A stretch of 59,280 bases of DNA, the filler included, from Platydemus manokwari (Eukaryota), in NCBI GenBank assembly GCA_037951405.1. It is 5 parts of 5 records of this genome, joined end to end, with 100 filler letters (N's around TTAATTAATTAA, not from the genome) between each part and the next. Parts side by side here need not be neighbours in the genome. Positions count along the whole stretch, not along the records: positions 1 to 13,055 come from JBBMOY011863610.1; positions 13,156 to 24,407 come from JBBMOY010814425.1; 3 more parts are not named here. One strand, 5' to 3'. A model generated the notes under the pieces. The model was not told the DNA's origin and did not search any database. It saw only the letters and a program-made list of their open reading frames with translations. This document shows positions 1 to 14,333 of this stretch, piece by piece; within the stretch, counting starts at the first letter, position 1; the number at the start of each line of letters is the position of its first letter. Position numbers and translations under genes: made by a program.

Positions 1-361
1 AACTTCAATTTTATTCGATTTGTTTTTGTAAAAATAAGTTATTGTAATTAGTTTAATCAATGAGATTTTTATAAAATAATTAAAAAATTAAATATTTTCT
101 ACAATTATTAAAATGATTTTGTAATATTTTTTTTGATTATAAAAGAAATACATAGTATTTTTATCTCTATTTTTATGTTATCACTTATAAAATGATTTAA
201 AAAAATTTGAAATTATTCTATAAACATTTTTAATAGTAAATCTGTTTTGTTGAAAACAAAATAATTACTATTTAAAAAATATTGTTATATTCTGTGGTAA
301 TTTTAAATTAGTACTTGTTTTTATAATTTTATCAACTATAATTTATTTTTTAAATAATAAA

Positions 362-2031
362 ATGGATGATTTGAATGATCATAAATTAGAAGTAACTCCT
401 TCAAATGAATTAAAATTTAAAGGTGAATTTCAATTAAGTTTTCTTTTATATGGGTATTATTGTTCATTTCAGGCCCGTTTAATGCTGTCGTTACCAGTCA
501 TTTAATATTAAAAAATGTCGGTAACAAATCTTTATGTTACAAAGTGAAAACTACAGCTCCGCGAATGTATTGCGTTCGACCAAACTCTGGTTTAATTGAA
601 CCATCGAAAGAAGTCGATGTATCAGGTGAAATACGATTTTTATCGTAAAATTCGATTTTTGTATTTCTCCTTAGTTATGCTTCAGCCTTTTGAATTCAAT
701 CCGAGTGAAAAATCGAAACACAAATTTCTCATTCAATCAACAATTGCAGAAGATAAAAACTTAGAAAATTCCGAACAATTAGTTTGATAATAATATTTGA
801 TTATGATTTAAATTTTTGAAATTATTTTTTTCATTTGTCCAGTGGAAATCGGTGGATAAAGAACAAGTGAAGGAAATTAAATTAAAATGTTTATTTGATT
901 ACGAAAAGGTAACAATTGATATTATTTTTCACCAATAATTAATTGAATCATCTTATAATAGTAATGTCAGTTGTAATTTTTGAAAATTGAAAATCACTCT
1001 TATGTTAATTATTATTATAGAATCGTGGTTTATGTATGTCAATAACTTTTATTTCAGAACTACTTCACTGTTTATGGGGTAATCAAGAAAATTTTTCAGA
1101 CCGTGATTGTTGATTGAAATTTAAACAAATCGATAATTTGGTCATTTTTCCCGTTAAATTTATTTACGATTTTCGACCAAAAATAATGGTTATATATTGA
1201 AAGATTCTATTATCAATTAATTTTAATATTTTTTTTGAATGAACATTATTTGAATTGATTAAATATTAGTTCTGATTTTGGAAAATATAAAGTGTATTTT
1301 TTGAAATTTTAATTCTAAATTAATTACTTTGTCAATATTTTTACAACTATTGTCATGTTACAAATGTATAAATAACATCTTTTATTTATTTAATCGACGG
1401 TTATTACAAAATAATTCAGTAATATTGATTATCGATAATTTCTGAGACTCTACTGTTGTCAAGCAGTGACAGTGTGTGTGTGTATTTATTGAATCAAATA
1501 ATCAGATCTATAATTATCATTAGAAACAATTTATTCGAATTGAGAATGGAATTAATTTTTCAAATTACGATTAATTATTGACGAAAATATGAAATGTGTT
1601 GCTTTTATGAAATAAAAACGTGATTTATTATTATTATGCATTTTAGAGTGCTGGTGACACGAAACTAAATACGGATTCCAATTACGTTAATGCATCGAAT
1701 AATGCTCAGCCTGGTCTAGCAACAGTGAGTAATATTATCTTGCAATTTCGTTTTCCAAAAGTGCCTTTTTCTCTCTCCTTATTCTCCATCATTTCAGACC
1801 GTTGAAGAGTTGAAGGCTCAACTGGTGAGTTTGAAAAGCGAAAACGAGAAATTGAAACAAACGGAAACCCGATTGCGAAAAGTGGCTCTTCAAGATACAG
1901 TCGAAAATTCAATGATACCAACTTCAGTGACCGAATCCAAGCAGAACGTCATGAATAACATGTTATTGTTGGGTATTTTGAGCATTGTTTCGTTCTTAAT
2001 TGGTGTCCTCATCGCTAAATTTACTCTTTGA
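362..2031 (+). CDS. VAP: VAMP-associated protein (VAP/VAP-33 family): MSP domain, coiled coil, C-terminal TM anchor; 6 exons (362-422, 473-625, 675-781, 843-908, 1647-1724, 1798-2031)
   Basis: Spliced translation [35 protein letters not shown]...[18 protein letters not shown]...[22 protein letters not shown] carries the VAP MSP signature. It is followed by a coiled coil ([13 protein letters not shown]) and a hydrophobic tail [22 protein letters not shown]. All introns are GT-AG and phase-consistent. Confidence 0.95.
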
Positions 2032-3757
2032 CAGCTATTATTTATGTCCATGAGATAATCATCTTTACATTATCAATTGATTATATTCAAGTAAAAATAA
2101 CCTGTATGATGTTTGTTTCGTTATAAAAATGACTTTTAAATTTATTTGAAGTTGCGGGTTTTACTATCGAATTTGTTATGTTTTTCATTATTCGATAATT
2201 ATTATTATTATTCAACGACAATCTGTGGTAGTTTGTTAATCACACACACACACTTTATATTTCATTCAGGTTGCCGTTTTTAGGGAAAGACTTTATAGTC
2301 GCTTATTGATACAATTTTTCGTTCTGTATTTGTGTGTGTGTGCGCGTGTGTGTGTTTTATGGTATGTTTTGAAAATTTTTGTTAAGCAACAGAATAATTA
2401 TCATTCATTTGATTTTGTTATTTCCAATTGTTATTTGGGCTTCTATATGACCTTTCTATGTGAATAAATGAATGTTTATTGAATTATTGTTTTCGCGTTG
2501 CTGCTTTTGTTTGAATTATTAACGGTAGGCCATAAATTTTAGATGGTTTTTTATTGATTTCCACTAAATAGTCAGCAATTTCATTCTTGAGCAACAATTC
2601 ATGAAAAATAGTTTTATCGATTTATTAACCCAATTACAAAATGTGGCCAAAATAGTGGTGTATTATATTTCTCTAAAGATTGCCAAAGTTTAATTGTCTC
2701 AATTTCTGGGTTTAGTTTATTATTTGTTTATTACTGAATGTCATTTCGATCTCTATAGTATTCCACATAAAATATTTTTGTAATATTAATGCACAACTAG
2801 TCTATAACTACGCCATTTTCATTTCCCGTTTTTCAATTATGGACGATTGTATCTAATTTGAAACGCCTCGATGTGTAATTTAAAAAGGAATCATTTACAA
2901 ATATTAAAGTGTTTTGATTTTTAACTCTTGGTTAAATCCGGTGTTAGTCAAAATTAATTAGCCTGATTTTTTATAACAAGTACATATCGTACATAGGAAC
3001 GAATTTTCTGTTATTAACTTTCAACTGTTTGGAACACAGGAATCAGATGGTATTCATGTACTAAAAAATGATCAATAAACCAAATGCCAAAAACTAAAAA
3101 TAGACACCACAAAAAATTTTGTTTAAACTCCTTAAACCAAACAAAATTTTTAAACAAAAATAACACTAGTAAAAATGTCAGGTTAAAACCAGGGCAATTC
3201 TAAAATTCAAGGAAAACGTTTCTGAATTTTTGAAAATTATTCATCAAATTCAGGTAAGTTTGTCGATAACCAAATGCAATAAATGATTCCTAAGATATTA
3301 GTGTAACCTTTTCAATAGTAACGACCATCAACCATCTATTAGACGAAATAAATTCAAAGAACTTAAAGTCAAAGGTACAATGTACACAATTTTTACCCTC
3401 AAACCAAATACACCATAGGATGTTAAAATCACTTTAACATGAATTATATATCAAAGTTCACTTTCATTCCAAGAGAAGCCATTCACATATGAAATAATAA
3501 AGTCATTGATCTTGATCACACATCCATAATTTTGATAATACATACATGAAATATCAATAATAATCATCATCATTATATGGGGTTGAATAAAACTGATGGA
3601 AACGAATAACATCGAGTCGGTTTATAATGTTTTAATAAAAATAATTAAAAAATAAAAACTAAAAAAACTAGAAAAAATAAGAAAAAACTAAAAAAAATAT
3701 CATAAAAGCGCAACAATTTATTTCATTAAGTACATACATACACACACCATAATCAAT

Positions 3758-6603
3758 TTATAATGACAACACAGAAAAACAAGCCACAAGAGCATCCTGG
3801 ATCTTCTTTCGCATTTCTTCATTCTGACAAACGACATGTGTTGAATTATCATTGAGTTGAATCAAACTGTCTTCCTCATTCTAGAATATATCGATATCAT
3901 TATCACATTCAAATATTATCAAATATTATCATTGTTGCCCCTCCCCCACAACAATAACAACACACACACACACACTTACAAAATACACCAGATAACGTTT
4001 GCCATCTTCAACCACCTCCAATTTAGCATCGGTCAGGCCACGCAATTTCAATTCGTCAATGAATTGATTGGGATCCAAATTGCCGAATAACAATCTCGAT
4101 TTCGATGGACATGAAGCCGTTGTGACGGTGGGCATGATTTCATATTGTCCATCTTTGCGACAGATTTTCCCATTGAAAATCGCCAAACTCGTATCATCGT
4201 CCACCATTATCGGTTTCAAATGATCGCCAATGGCCGGATTGATGATTATGTCTTCCAATGTGGAATTATTATCAGGAAACACGATCTGAATGAATTTCTC
4301 GAATTTCAATTCCAATTTCTTGACGGATTCTGTGCCTTTCTGAATGATAGAAACATATATATATATATATATATCACCATGACAACGGGGGTATTTTTCT
4401 TACCATTAATATCTTGTTCCTCATACATTCACTCGGTAAAACAAGCGCTTTCGTTGGAAAAGACATCTGTTCAATCAATGCCAAAATCTCATTCACATTG
4501 ATCCCAGTGTCCAATGGACAATAATGGACTGCCATCGACAGGGGTTTGTAACATGATAGAAGCTTGTCCATTTTTTCTTTCTTCATACTGAAAAAAATGT
4601 CTCGATTTATCAAATGAAAACAATAATGATTCTCATTACGAAGTGGGATAATTTTCAATGTCAACCAGAAACAGTCCATTCAATGGATTCGAGCCCCACA
4701 GCCGTAACAAGTGAACAACGGGACCCATTCGTAAACTGGGATGGGATGCGAATACGATGGATGGTGTTCGATATTTCTCACTGAAATCACCACTGATATC
4801 GTCACAGGCAATGAGAACGTTGGATTTGATGAGCTAAATGATTCTGTTACAAAACACACACCCAATAAAATCGATCAAATCACACACTTTATCAAACATA
4901 AAAGGATAATTGGCCGTGTAGAGTTGATTTTCCCGTTGTCTGTCCAACCATTCACCATAAATGTTCGCATAGGCCAGACTTGTCTTTGCTTGACTGGACA
5001 AAATGAACATCTGGGTTCTCTCCAAACGTCTCTGAAGCAATTCGGAACTGATTTTTTCGATTAAATCGAAAAACAATCCACAACAAGTGATCGGTATGAG
5101 AACATTGCCACCGGATTTTATCGTGTCACCTAAATAAAATGGGGAAATTCATTACGGGAATGGGAAATGAGCTCACATATTTTCCCACACAATTCATCAC
5201 ACAACTTCTCTATGGGAGCAGCAAACGTCTGAACGGCCGTACCAATGATCATTATGTCCACATCTTTGAATGACGATGTATCAAGAGGCTGTGAACAAAA
5301 CATTCCCATTAATGTTGGACGTAATTTATATAAATTGTTTCTTATAAAAAGCAGACCAAGTCGAAATCCTTAGCCTTTCAATCTCAATTTCATGAATAAA
5401 TCATATTATATTTCACCAGTACACGATTATCGATGGGAATTATTATGAAAACATGTCAATATCAACTCACCGCCGCATGGGAAACCAATCCAGACGAATG
5501 GGAAATGTAGGAAACCTGCAAACAAATCAATTCGTTTAGTGATATTCTCATCGCAAATCAAAGTCAAACCTTTTCGTATTTACTGCTAATTAACCAATTA
5601 CAACTACCAATCGAATAACCGGAACAAATACCACGCACTTCCAACAAGCCGAAAAGATTCTAATACGAATTTAGATATAAAACTAGATTAGAAAAAGGAA
5701 TAAAAATCTATCAAACAAGTGGCTCATTGAATGATACTCGCTGAATTCTCGACAAGCATGATTGAACTGCTTCTTCTGTATAAATATCACACCAGGATGA
5801 CATGTCAGCTAAATGAAATGATGATGAACCATCTCTATAGAATTGATAATTATAATAATTCCAATTTCAATTTAATCATACAATCGTAGAAATTCCGGTG
5901 AATTCAAATCCAGAGATTTGTTGCTTTTGGACAGTGATTTGATATTTGATAATATATCCATCATCATGATTCTGGAATTCATAGTCAACGCTGAAGAGAA
6001 TTAATCAATTCAATATGTACTTTGCGAATTGAATCGTTGGTTCCGTTGCAAAAATCTTTCCTTTGAATGACGATTTTTCGGTTAAAAATGGTAATCCGAG
6101 AAGAGTTGTTGAATTGGATATCAAAATAGCATCAATTGTGCTGGCGTATAATTCACTTAACTATAAATCAAATGATCGTTTATCAAGCGAGTGCGAATTA
6201 ACCTTTAATTGACGAAGAAATCCAACTTTAAAATTTGAGTTAAAATAAGGAGATCCATTAATATTATGAAGCAGCTTAAAGTGTCATTTAAAAGTATTTT
6301 TATTACTAAATAAAATAATACTTCATCAGTTTTATAAATAGACGGAAGATTTGAAGCACCATCTCTATAGAAATAATGCAGTTATAGGATTAACTGTACT
6401 TAACTTACTCAAGAAGGGCATGTCGGGGTAGAAAATTTTGTAAAACATTTAAATCCACAGGACAGTCCAATAATAGGTTAACATCTTGGAAATTCAAAAG
6501 ATAACACGGACTTCTTAAAGATTCATTAAATCTATACTAAATTTCTATTAATATTAATTAATAAAATAAAAATTACAATATATATTTTGTTATTTTTGTT
6601 CAT
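3758..6603 (-). CDS. INTS9: Integrator complex subunit 9 (inactive MBL/beta-CASP family), about 15 exons
   Basis: Spliced minus-strand translation gives INTS9 motifs in order: PCYLLNFQDVNLLLDCP, IDAILISN..LGLPFLTE..FKGKIFATEPT, SGYSIGSCNWLI, GGNVLIP, YANIYGEWL, ASHPSLRMGPVVHLLRLWG, YKPLSMAVHYCPLDT, and C-terminal DSLIQLNDNSTHVVC. ATG is at 6603 and TAA at 3758-3760. Introns are short GT-AG. Confidence 0.93.
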
Positions 6604-8411
6604 TTTAAACTGTTAACATGAATATTATTTAAACAATGGAAAAGTAATTTTTAAAGTCAAATATAATTTAATTGAATTTTGTACTAAATGAAGTTTGTAA
6701 TAAGCATTATATACTTTATTATAATATTTACTACATTTACTCTGTCATTCATCATAAATAATAATTTAATTTCGATTTTAATTTTATTTCTGTATTAATG
6801 CGATCCTTTATTAGGTGGTGTAATAATTGCTCCAAATAATTTAAATTTTCATTAATAACCCAAATAAAGTTTTGCATAGCTGATGTGTAAATAATATCAA
6901 TGTTGAATTCTACAGTCTGTTCACGATTGAAAGGAACAATAACAACAATTAAACTTTTAATTTTAGTGTTTTATATCTGTAATCTTTTATTGTACATTAT
7001 TAATAAATAAACCGTAAAGTTTTTAAATTATATCGATTAAATTAATAGTGTCATGCAATAAAATTGAAAAAACTGTATTGTTGGGGCCTTGGGAAAGACG
7101 ATTAATCAAACTAATCAATTGCATGCATTTTTAAAATCAGTTTTCATTTTATATAATTTTCATGGGTATCAATTTTTGACAACGAAACAATTTGAATATA
7201 CCGATTTGAAGCTTCGGCTAAAGCGACAGAGTTCTAGGAGTTTCTATGAAAAATAAATGATAGAACTTCAAAAATTAAAATATTAATAAACGAATCTATA
7301 ATAATAAGAGAAAAATCTTAAGTCTCATAAATAGAATTCTTAATTAATATTAAATTCTTGATAAATTTAATAAATATATTAATTAAAGATGTACCAGCGA
7401 AAAACAGAATATATTATTATGAACAAGAAAAAGATGTTATATCTCATTTTCATGATAAACGATGTATTCGAAAGATGTTGTACATATCTGACCACTGAGC
7501 TATATTGGAGAATTTTAAAAGTTTTAAAAAAATTGAATGATTAATTTTGTGGCTGTAAAATGCATGTTTAAACAGATATCAACACCCTTATTTGACGCCG
7601 TATAATAAACTCTTATGCTGTTATTATATTATATTTTATATTAAATTTTATATTTATTATATTATATTATATTAAATTATATTTCATTTATCTATAAAGG
7701 ATATTGAAGCGAATGAGTGAGTTTTCTAAAATATTAATAATACAAGGGAATATATATATATATATAGACAGTGAGAGAGAGAGAACGAGGGAGCGAAAGA
7801 GATTTCATGATTCGAAATTGCGATTGAACTAGTGAACGTTATGAAATATAACTGAAAAATAAATAGAAGCCATGTTGTCAAATAAGGGTGTGAATATCTA
7901 CTAATTTGATTTGATGCCAATGATCAATCTTAGAATTAAACAATCGCTCATTGAGCCAATTTATGATCAATATCAATGATCTGTGGTCATTCTTAACATA
8001 ATTAAGATCGCCCATTTGTTGAAATGATTTAAAACTACTAAAAAGATATATCAATATCTGGATGTTATTTATAACCTATAATATGATATTTCGGGCATCA
8101 TTTTATAAAATCAATAATAGTTATTAATAATATGATAATATTGATATAAATAATCCAAATGATTATCAATGGAAAACTATAATCCATAATAAAAATAATT
8201 ATAATAAAATAAATAGGAATAGTTATAAACTCAGAACAGAATATCAAAAGATTAAAAAACGCCCCATATCAATGCACATCTTTATTCAGTATCCATGGTA
8301 TTTTGATAACATAAAAACATTTGAACGAGATAAGATATTTGAAAGAGAAAATTTTTACAATATTTCATCAACGGTTTGGAATTTTATTTCACTTTTATTA
8401 AATTCTTTAAA

Positions 8412-9309
8412 ATGTTATTTTGGTTTCTCTCCATCTTTATAATTAATGTTGATTGTGATGGTAATTTATATATTAAAACCAAAGCATGTGTTTATGATCG
8501 ATTGGAATCGATACTACTCGATTCACAATTACAATGTGCAATTCAATGTCAAATCAATCAATGTAAAGCATTCATTTACGATGTGAAGTATTCGATGTGT
8601 AATTTGTACGAATTTCACGAGATATGCCAATCTGATACAATGTGTGCCAATGTGACGATATTTATCAATAACCGATATAATAATATTGTTAATTAATTTA
8701 AAAATGTTTTTATAAATATTGATTATTTTTCAGTTTGAAGGAGACTCGATGAGTGTGAATTTCCGACTATTGAATCACGTAAGAAATAAATATGATGATG
8801 GTAATCCATCGGTATTCAATATTATCAATGCAAGTCAAGCGATCCCGATTATTACTGGAACAGATAACCATATTAATGTTGCAATTGGGACTTATAAGTC
8901 GAGTAAGTAGGTTGTGTATCCTAAATACAATCCCATGATATTTTTAAATAAAATTAATCGAATGGCAAACAATTTCGGGAGATATTTAACTGGAGGAAAC
9001 TGCTCTGATTATCAAAACTGTTATCATTCGATCGACAATTACAAAAAATTCATTGGAATTCGTAATCAGGTGTTTGTGATTTCGAGTTATTCGAGATTTG
9101 ATTTGAAAGATTTTATAAGTAAATTGATCAATAATACATGGCATGTTATGGTTGTTGGTACATTTTGGTGTGAGGGTATTGTCTCTGAAACACAAAATCT
9201 GGCAAAACTTTACGGCATCTGCATTTCCAACAAAAAAGGCTTTACTAATTGGTATATTCGGGATAATATTTGTAAAACCCGAACTGATTTCACAGAAAAG
9301 CTGTGTTGA
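8412..9309 (+). CDS. Putative secreted protein: signal peptide, PAN/apple-like Cys domain and an unassigned C-terminal domain; in-frame TAG at 8908-8910 (possible pseudogene)
   Basis: MLFWFLSIFIINVDC resembles a signal peptide. SQLQCAIQCQINQCKAFIYDVKYSMCNLY fits the PAN pattern C-x3-C...C.AF.Y....C.L. A phase-0 GT-AG intron at 8688-8733 joins the first ORF to the 8719 ORF. The 8719 and 8914 ORFs share a frame and are separated by one TAG. Confidence 0.6.
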
Positions 9310-12300
9310 TCAAATATTTGTTTGATGACATCAAATTTGAAACTGAAATGCAATTTCTTATTTCGTGTTGCTGTTCATAATAAATATGATAGCCTCAACG
9401 ATTTTGAATATTTATTTATTTTATTTCTGTTAAAGTATTAAAAACAATAACAATGTCACGGTTTCGTTTATTGATTTATATATGTATGAAGCTTGAAAAG
9501 ATGATATTAATACTGATAGGTTATTTCATATCTGCAAGCAGCTACCATTTTATAAAACCATCATTGAAAAGGAACGGAACTATTTATATAAAACCAAATT
9601 TCACTTTAAATAAAATCTTTGAAAAGGCACAAACGGAAAATGAAGGCAATCGAAAATTTTATTTTAATACATGTCCAAATTGAAATCAAATAATTGTTGG
9701 AAAAAAATGATAAAAATTACTCCTCTGGAAGTATTCTATGAATGAACTTTTCGGTGGAAATGGAGTCAGGTTGGTGATTGAGAAAATAAAAACTTTCAAT
9801 GTTAAAAAATACTATTGAAATTAATAATTCAAAATCATGATTCCGTTAATCATTGATGAAAAAATAATAATTGAGAAAGTGCCGATGAACAATGAACGAA
9901 AGATCATGATATTATAAAGATTAATAAAAAATTAAAGTTAATATTATATTTCGAAACGAAACTGTTTGAAAAAGCAAAAAAAAATTGTCAAGAGAACGTG
10001 GGGCGATGTTGGGAAATGCATTATAATAGATATAAATAAAATATTAAAAGAAAAATTCTTGACAAATGGTGATGACATTGACGGTGATGATATTTTAGGA
10101 ATTAATAATGAGTCGATTAGAGAATTTAATAATTCCGTATTTATAGAAGTTTGAAGAAAATTGTGATTTTTTTGATGTCATTGAAGGCAAATCCTAAAAA
10201 TATTTAAGAGTCACAAAGTAGTATCAATTTCGAATAGATAATTAGTAATTGGATGAGGATCGTGTTTCTATGTTTTCATTTGTCGAACTAAAAAGATTAC
10301 CATTCAAGGATAATAAAGATTCCGAATACTCTAAGTTCAGAAATATTAAATTAGTTGAGAAAAATCAGAAAAATAAATTCTAGAAAGAATAATGGGCTTA
10401 AATATTTAAAAATACAACTTTATAACAAGAGAAATGAATATGCCACAAAATCAACACCGAGAAATATTTATGTCACTGTGTTTGGAATAAGTAAAAATAA
10501 TAATAACAATAATTATTATATAAACAAACCTAATAATAATAATTATTATTATAATCACAATTATAATTATATTGTGGCAGCAAATAATGTTGTCTGCTTA
10601 ACTCATGTTGTCATGGAATCAGTAGGCCAAACCATTACAAGTAGTATCATAATAACAAAATTTCGAATTTAATGAATTTACAGCATTTTCAGGTTTGAAT
10701 TCCTTTATGGATCATTTATATTATTCATCCGTGAATTAATCATTATTGCTTTGTGGATCATTCGTTCAATCAATAATTTTAACTCATCCATTGTGAACTT
10801 ATTATTCCATTATTGTTCGTGAATTCATAATGGTATATTCATTTACTGTTACTTTCAGAATTGCATCAATCTCCGCATCAAAATACGTTATAAACTTTTA
10901 ATCAACCTATTTTGTAATTCTTAAAATCATCTCTTTAATTTTCGTCGCGGTAAGGTGGCACGTTTTTCCATTAGGCAACGGTTTAAATCTCTTTAGGTTA
11001 CTATGGATTACTTTTTTATAATTTATCAGTGTTGCATATTTGTTAATATCAAATATATCATTTGATCTTATTAAATTCTCTGATTATTTTTATTATACAC
11101 GAAATCTACTAATTTGTTAGGAGTTAGACATTGGTAGAAACTTGTATAATCTCTCTAACTATCTAATATAAAAATATAATAAATCATCGAACGTTGTATT
11201 GTTTATTTATTAGTGTAATGATTAGATTATAACCCACCGGTTTCCATTAACTGGCTATAGAGTGTTAGTTTTTAAATTTAAGATCAACTCAATACATTAA
11301 AACCAATACAGCAATAAATAATACAAAACACTGTCAAATATCACTATATCCACATCATGATACCAGTCTAGAAACAAGGCAAAGGCAAATTGAAATTTAT
11401 TTCTGCAAAGCATAAAAACCAAACGAATTAAAAAACGAAATGTTGAAATCTAAAGCAGGAAACCAGTCCATAATAACAAATGACAACTTAAAAAGATAAA
11501 AAAAAACAATAGATACAACAACATCACATGTATACCTCCTTTGTGCTAGCATCAACATCACGCAGTGGTTATTCTGATAATTGTATCTCTAAGCTTAGTC
11601 AAAATATCATGCCTGGTAAATTATTACTCGCTACTGAAAATACAAAATAAATTTGGATATTTATAAAATAATATATTGGATATTTATAATAATTATTATC
11701 TGTGAGTAATTAAAATAATAATATCAGTTAAACCCACTCAGGGTAAACCCACTAAATTCCCTAAATAATAAATTAATTAATAAATTAACAACCCGCAATA
11801 TATTATCGCGCAATATAAACTGCCACCTGCTATCGCGCCTAGTAAATACAGGCAGTGAATGAAATATTCAGTCGATTGAGTCTAGTCAGTGAGAAATTCT
11901 CTCTGTATAATAAATTTAATCTCAGAGAATTTCTTTCCGTGATAAATAAATACTAGCCTGAAAACGAAAAAAATATATAGCATTAAATTATGATCGTTGA
12001 GAATTTCTACGAGTAACTCATCGGTACCTATATATGGCAACAATGACAATTACCACATACAATTTTTTGACACATTATAATCAGACTAATTGCAAGAAGC
12101 AAGATAACATCAACATCAAAATTTCGATTAAGCAGAAACCAAGAAGGGGGTCAAAATTCCTTATATGTCCAGTATTTTACTGGAAAACCTTACAGTGAGA
12201 TATATTTTTATAAAATACTAATCAGTGCTTTAGTTGTAATGTTTATCTCAATTTATCGAGCTTTTTTCAAATTTCTGAGTAAACTGGATTTGCTGCAAGA

Positions 12301-13055
12301 CTATGAGGACTATGAACCATCATTTGTTCCAAGAATTTGTTAAGGTTTGTTATAAGGTTTGGTGTATTTACATAAATTTGTGAGTTTAATTTTATTTGGT
12401 ATTGTTATTTCATTATAAACATTTTTAGTAGCAAGCCTTAATTATTGATTAAATAAGGATCATAAATCATTGGTCATTATCATTAGTGTCAACGATTTTA
12501 GAAATTTTAATAAGATGTATAAACTGAAACTGATAGTTGAGATACATCACTATTTCTACATCTATTGTCTTCACGCAATAAAGTTGTGCGAGGCGAGTAC
12601 TAGACAAAATAAGCTGTATTATGCATGTAGCCTCAATCAAGAACTCATTGAAACCGATTTAGACTATAGTGATTGTGAGGATTATTTTAAATAATTTTAA
12701 AATTATTATACTAAATTATAATTTTAAATAATTATTTAAAAAATTATTTCAATAAAAATTTTTCATAACAATTTAGGATAATATATTTAAAAAAAATAAC
12801 AAATAATTTTTTAAAATTTATTGTTTAAAATAAAACAATTGGAAAATTATTTAAATATTTTTATCTATATCTGGTTAAGATTGAAAATCGAATCTCTCTA
12901 GAAAAGAATTTGGCTTAAATTAAGAAAAAGGGTCCTTTGACCCAATTTTAAAGTAATGACTTTTCGTGAGTTTTTTTGTATTAAAATTTATTTGTAATGA
13001 TTTTTTAATGAAATTTTTACATAAAATTCAATTTTAGATTTATAACCAAAATTGA

Positions 13056-13155
13056 NNNNNNNNNNNNNNNNNNNNNNNNNNNNNNNNNNNNNNNNNNNNT
13101 TAATTAATTAANNNNNNNNNNNNNNNNNNNNNNNNNNNNNNNNNNNNNNNNNNNN
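13056..13155. other. Artificial contig spacer (N44-TTAATTAATTAA-N44)
   Basis: Identical 100-bp structure occurs four times; TTAATTAATTAA has stops in all six frames. Confidence 0.97.
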
Positions 13156-14333
13156 AAATATCTAAACTAATTAAGCATTTGTCAATAATCATTATCAACC
13201 TTTAATAAAATTGATAACATTTAATGAAAATTGTAAAAATAATACGTTTTTTATGTTGATATTTGTAAAACTTTTTAATTTTAAGAGGTCATTGGAATGA
13301 GAAATTTTTATTAGATCTTAGAAAATCAATAAAATATTAGAAATCAGTTTAGATACCCTGTCGTTGAAGACTGTATTGATGGATGTCAAATAAAATGTTT
13401 TGAAATTTATACTTTTATATTAACATTTATAAATTTAAGTTAGTTAACACCTTATCATATGTATCTACGTTGTTGTACATAAATGATGTGGTGATGTGGT
13501 TCCTTGGAGTATATGAAAAACATGTGATAAATTATGATTCTTTATAAATGCAGCCAATGTTTTGAAAGATCTTAACATACTTAATTCCTCATTGAAGAGT
13601 TAATTTTTTTGGATTATTTTATATAATTCTTATTCATATAATAGACGTTTCATTTGAATTCACTCCGCAATATCCAAAATTATATTTATCTATTAGATAA
13701 TGATACTAAAACTATATTGATATTGTTAAAATTTAATGAGCCATCGACAATTATATCATTTTATTTTCTCTTGTTATTAATTTACGAAATTTATTTCAAT
13801 TTATAAATTCAATTATGTCATTCCAAAACAATTTAAATATCAACATAGTGAAATTCTCTTTAATTTATCTAACGGGTATTATACTATGAAATTAAAAATC
13901 GTTCTAATGTAAACACAAAGATAATATTAAGATTATTCGACAATTATTGAGGTCGAAATAATTCGATTTTCATTGAATTTTGTATGTTAATTTATCAAAA
14001 TGTATGAGTTAGAATAACATAAATGTGTATAATTCAAATATTCTATTGAATTTTCTTAGATATAATTTCATCTCATTTTAACATATCCATGTATAGAACG
14101 AATAGGAATTATTTCGTTTTATAACATACAAATCTGTACATTTGTGAAGAGAAATTATTCAAGAAAATACAGTTAAACTACGTTAATATCTCTTTTGAAA
14201 ATCCATTCAACATTTATTATTGATTACTAGCAATTTATTTCGTTCAGTATCACAGAAGTATTTTATAATAGAGTTATAAAATCTAGGATTCATTTTATCA
14301 AGAAATTCTTAATTTTCTAATTTATTAAATCAG

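Noticed and set aside
3857-5064. Plus-strand ORFs 3857-4090, 4145-4501 and 4741-5064
   Set aside because: Antisense shadows of INTS9 exons.
3758-6603. Non-canonical or U12 introns in INTS9
   Set aside because: All reconstructed introns can be explained as GT-AG.
10355-10672. 105-aa Asn-rich ORF
   Set aside because: Low-complexity AAT-derived sequence with no domain or splice support.
11990-12345. Possible two-exon gene or MULE transposase remnant
   Set aside because: Splice-like signals exist, but the frames contain stops and no diagnostic motif was recognised.
13100-13111. Recurrent palindrome TTAATTAATTAA as a biological motif
   Set aside because: It is always centred in exactly 88 Ns, so it is an assembly linker.
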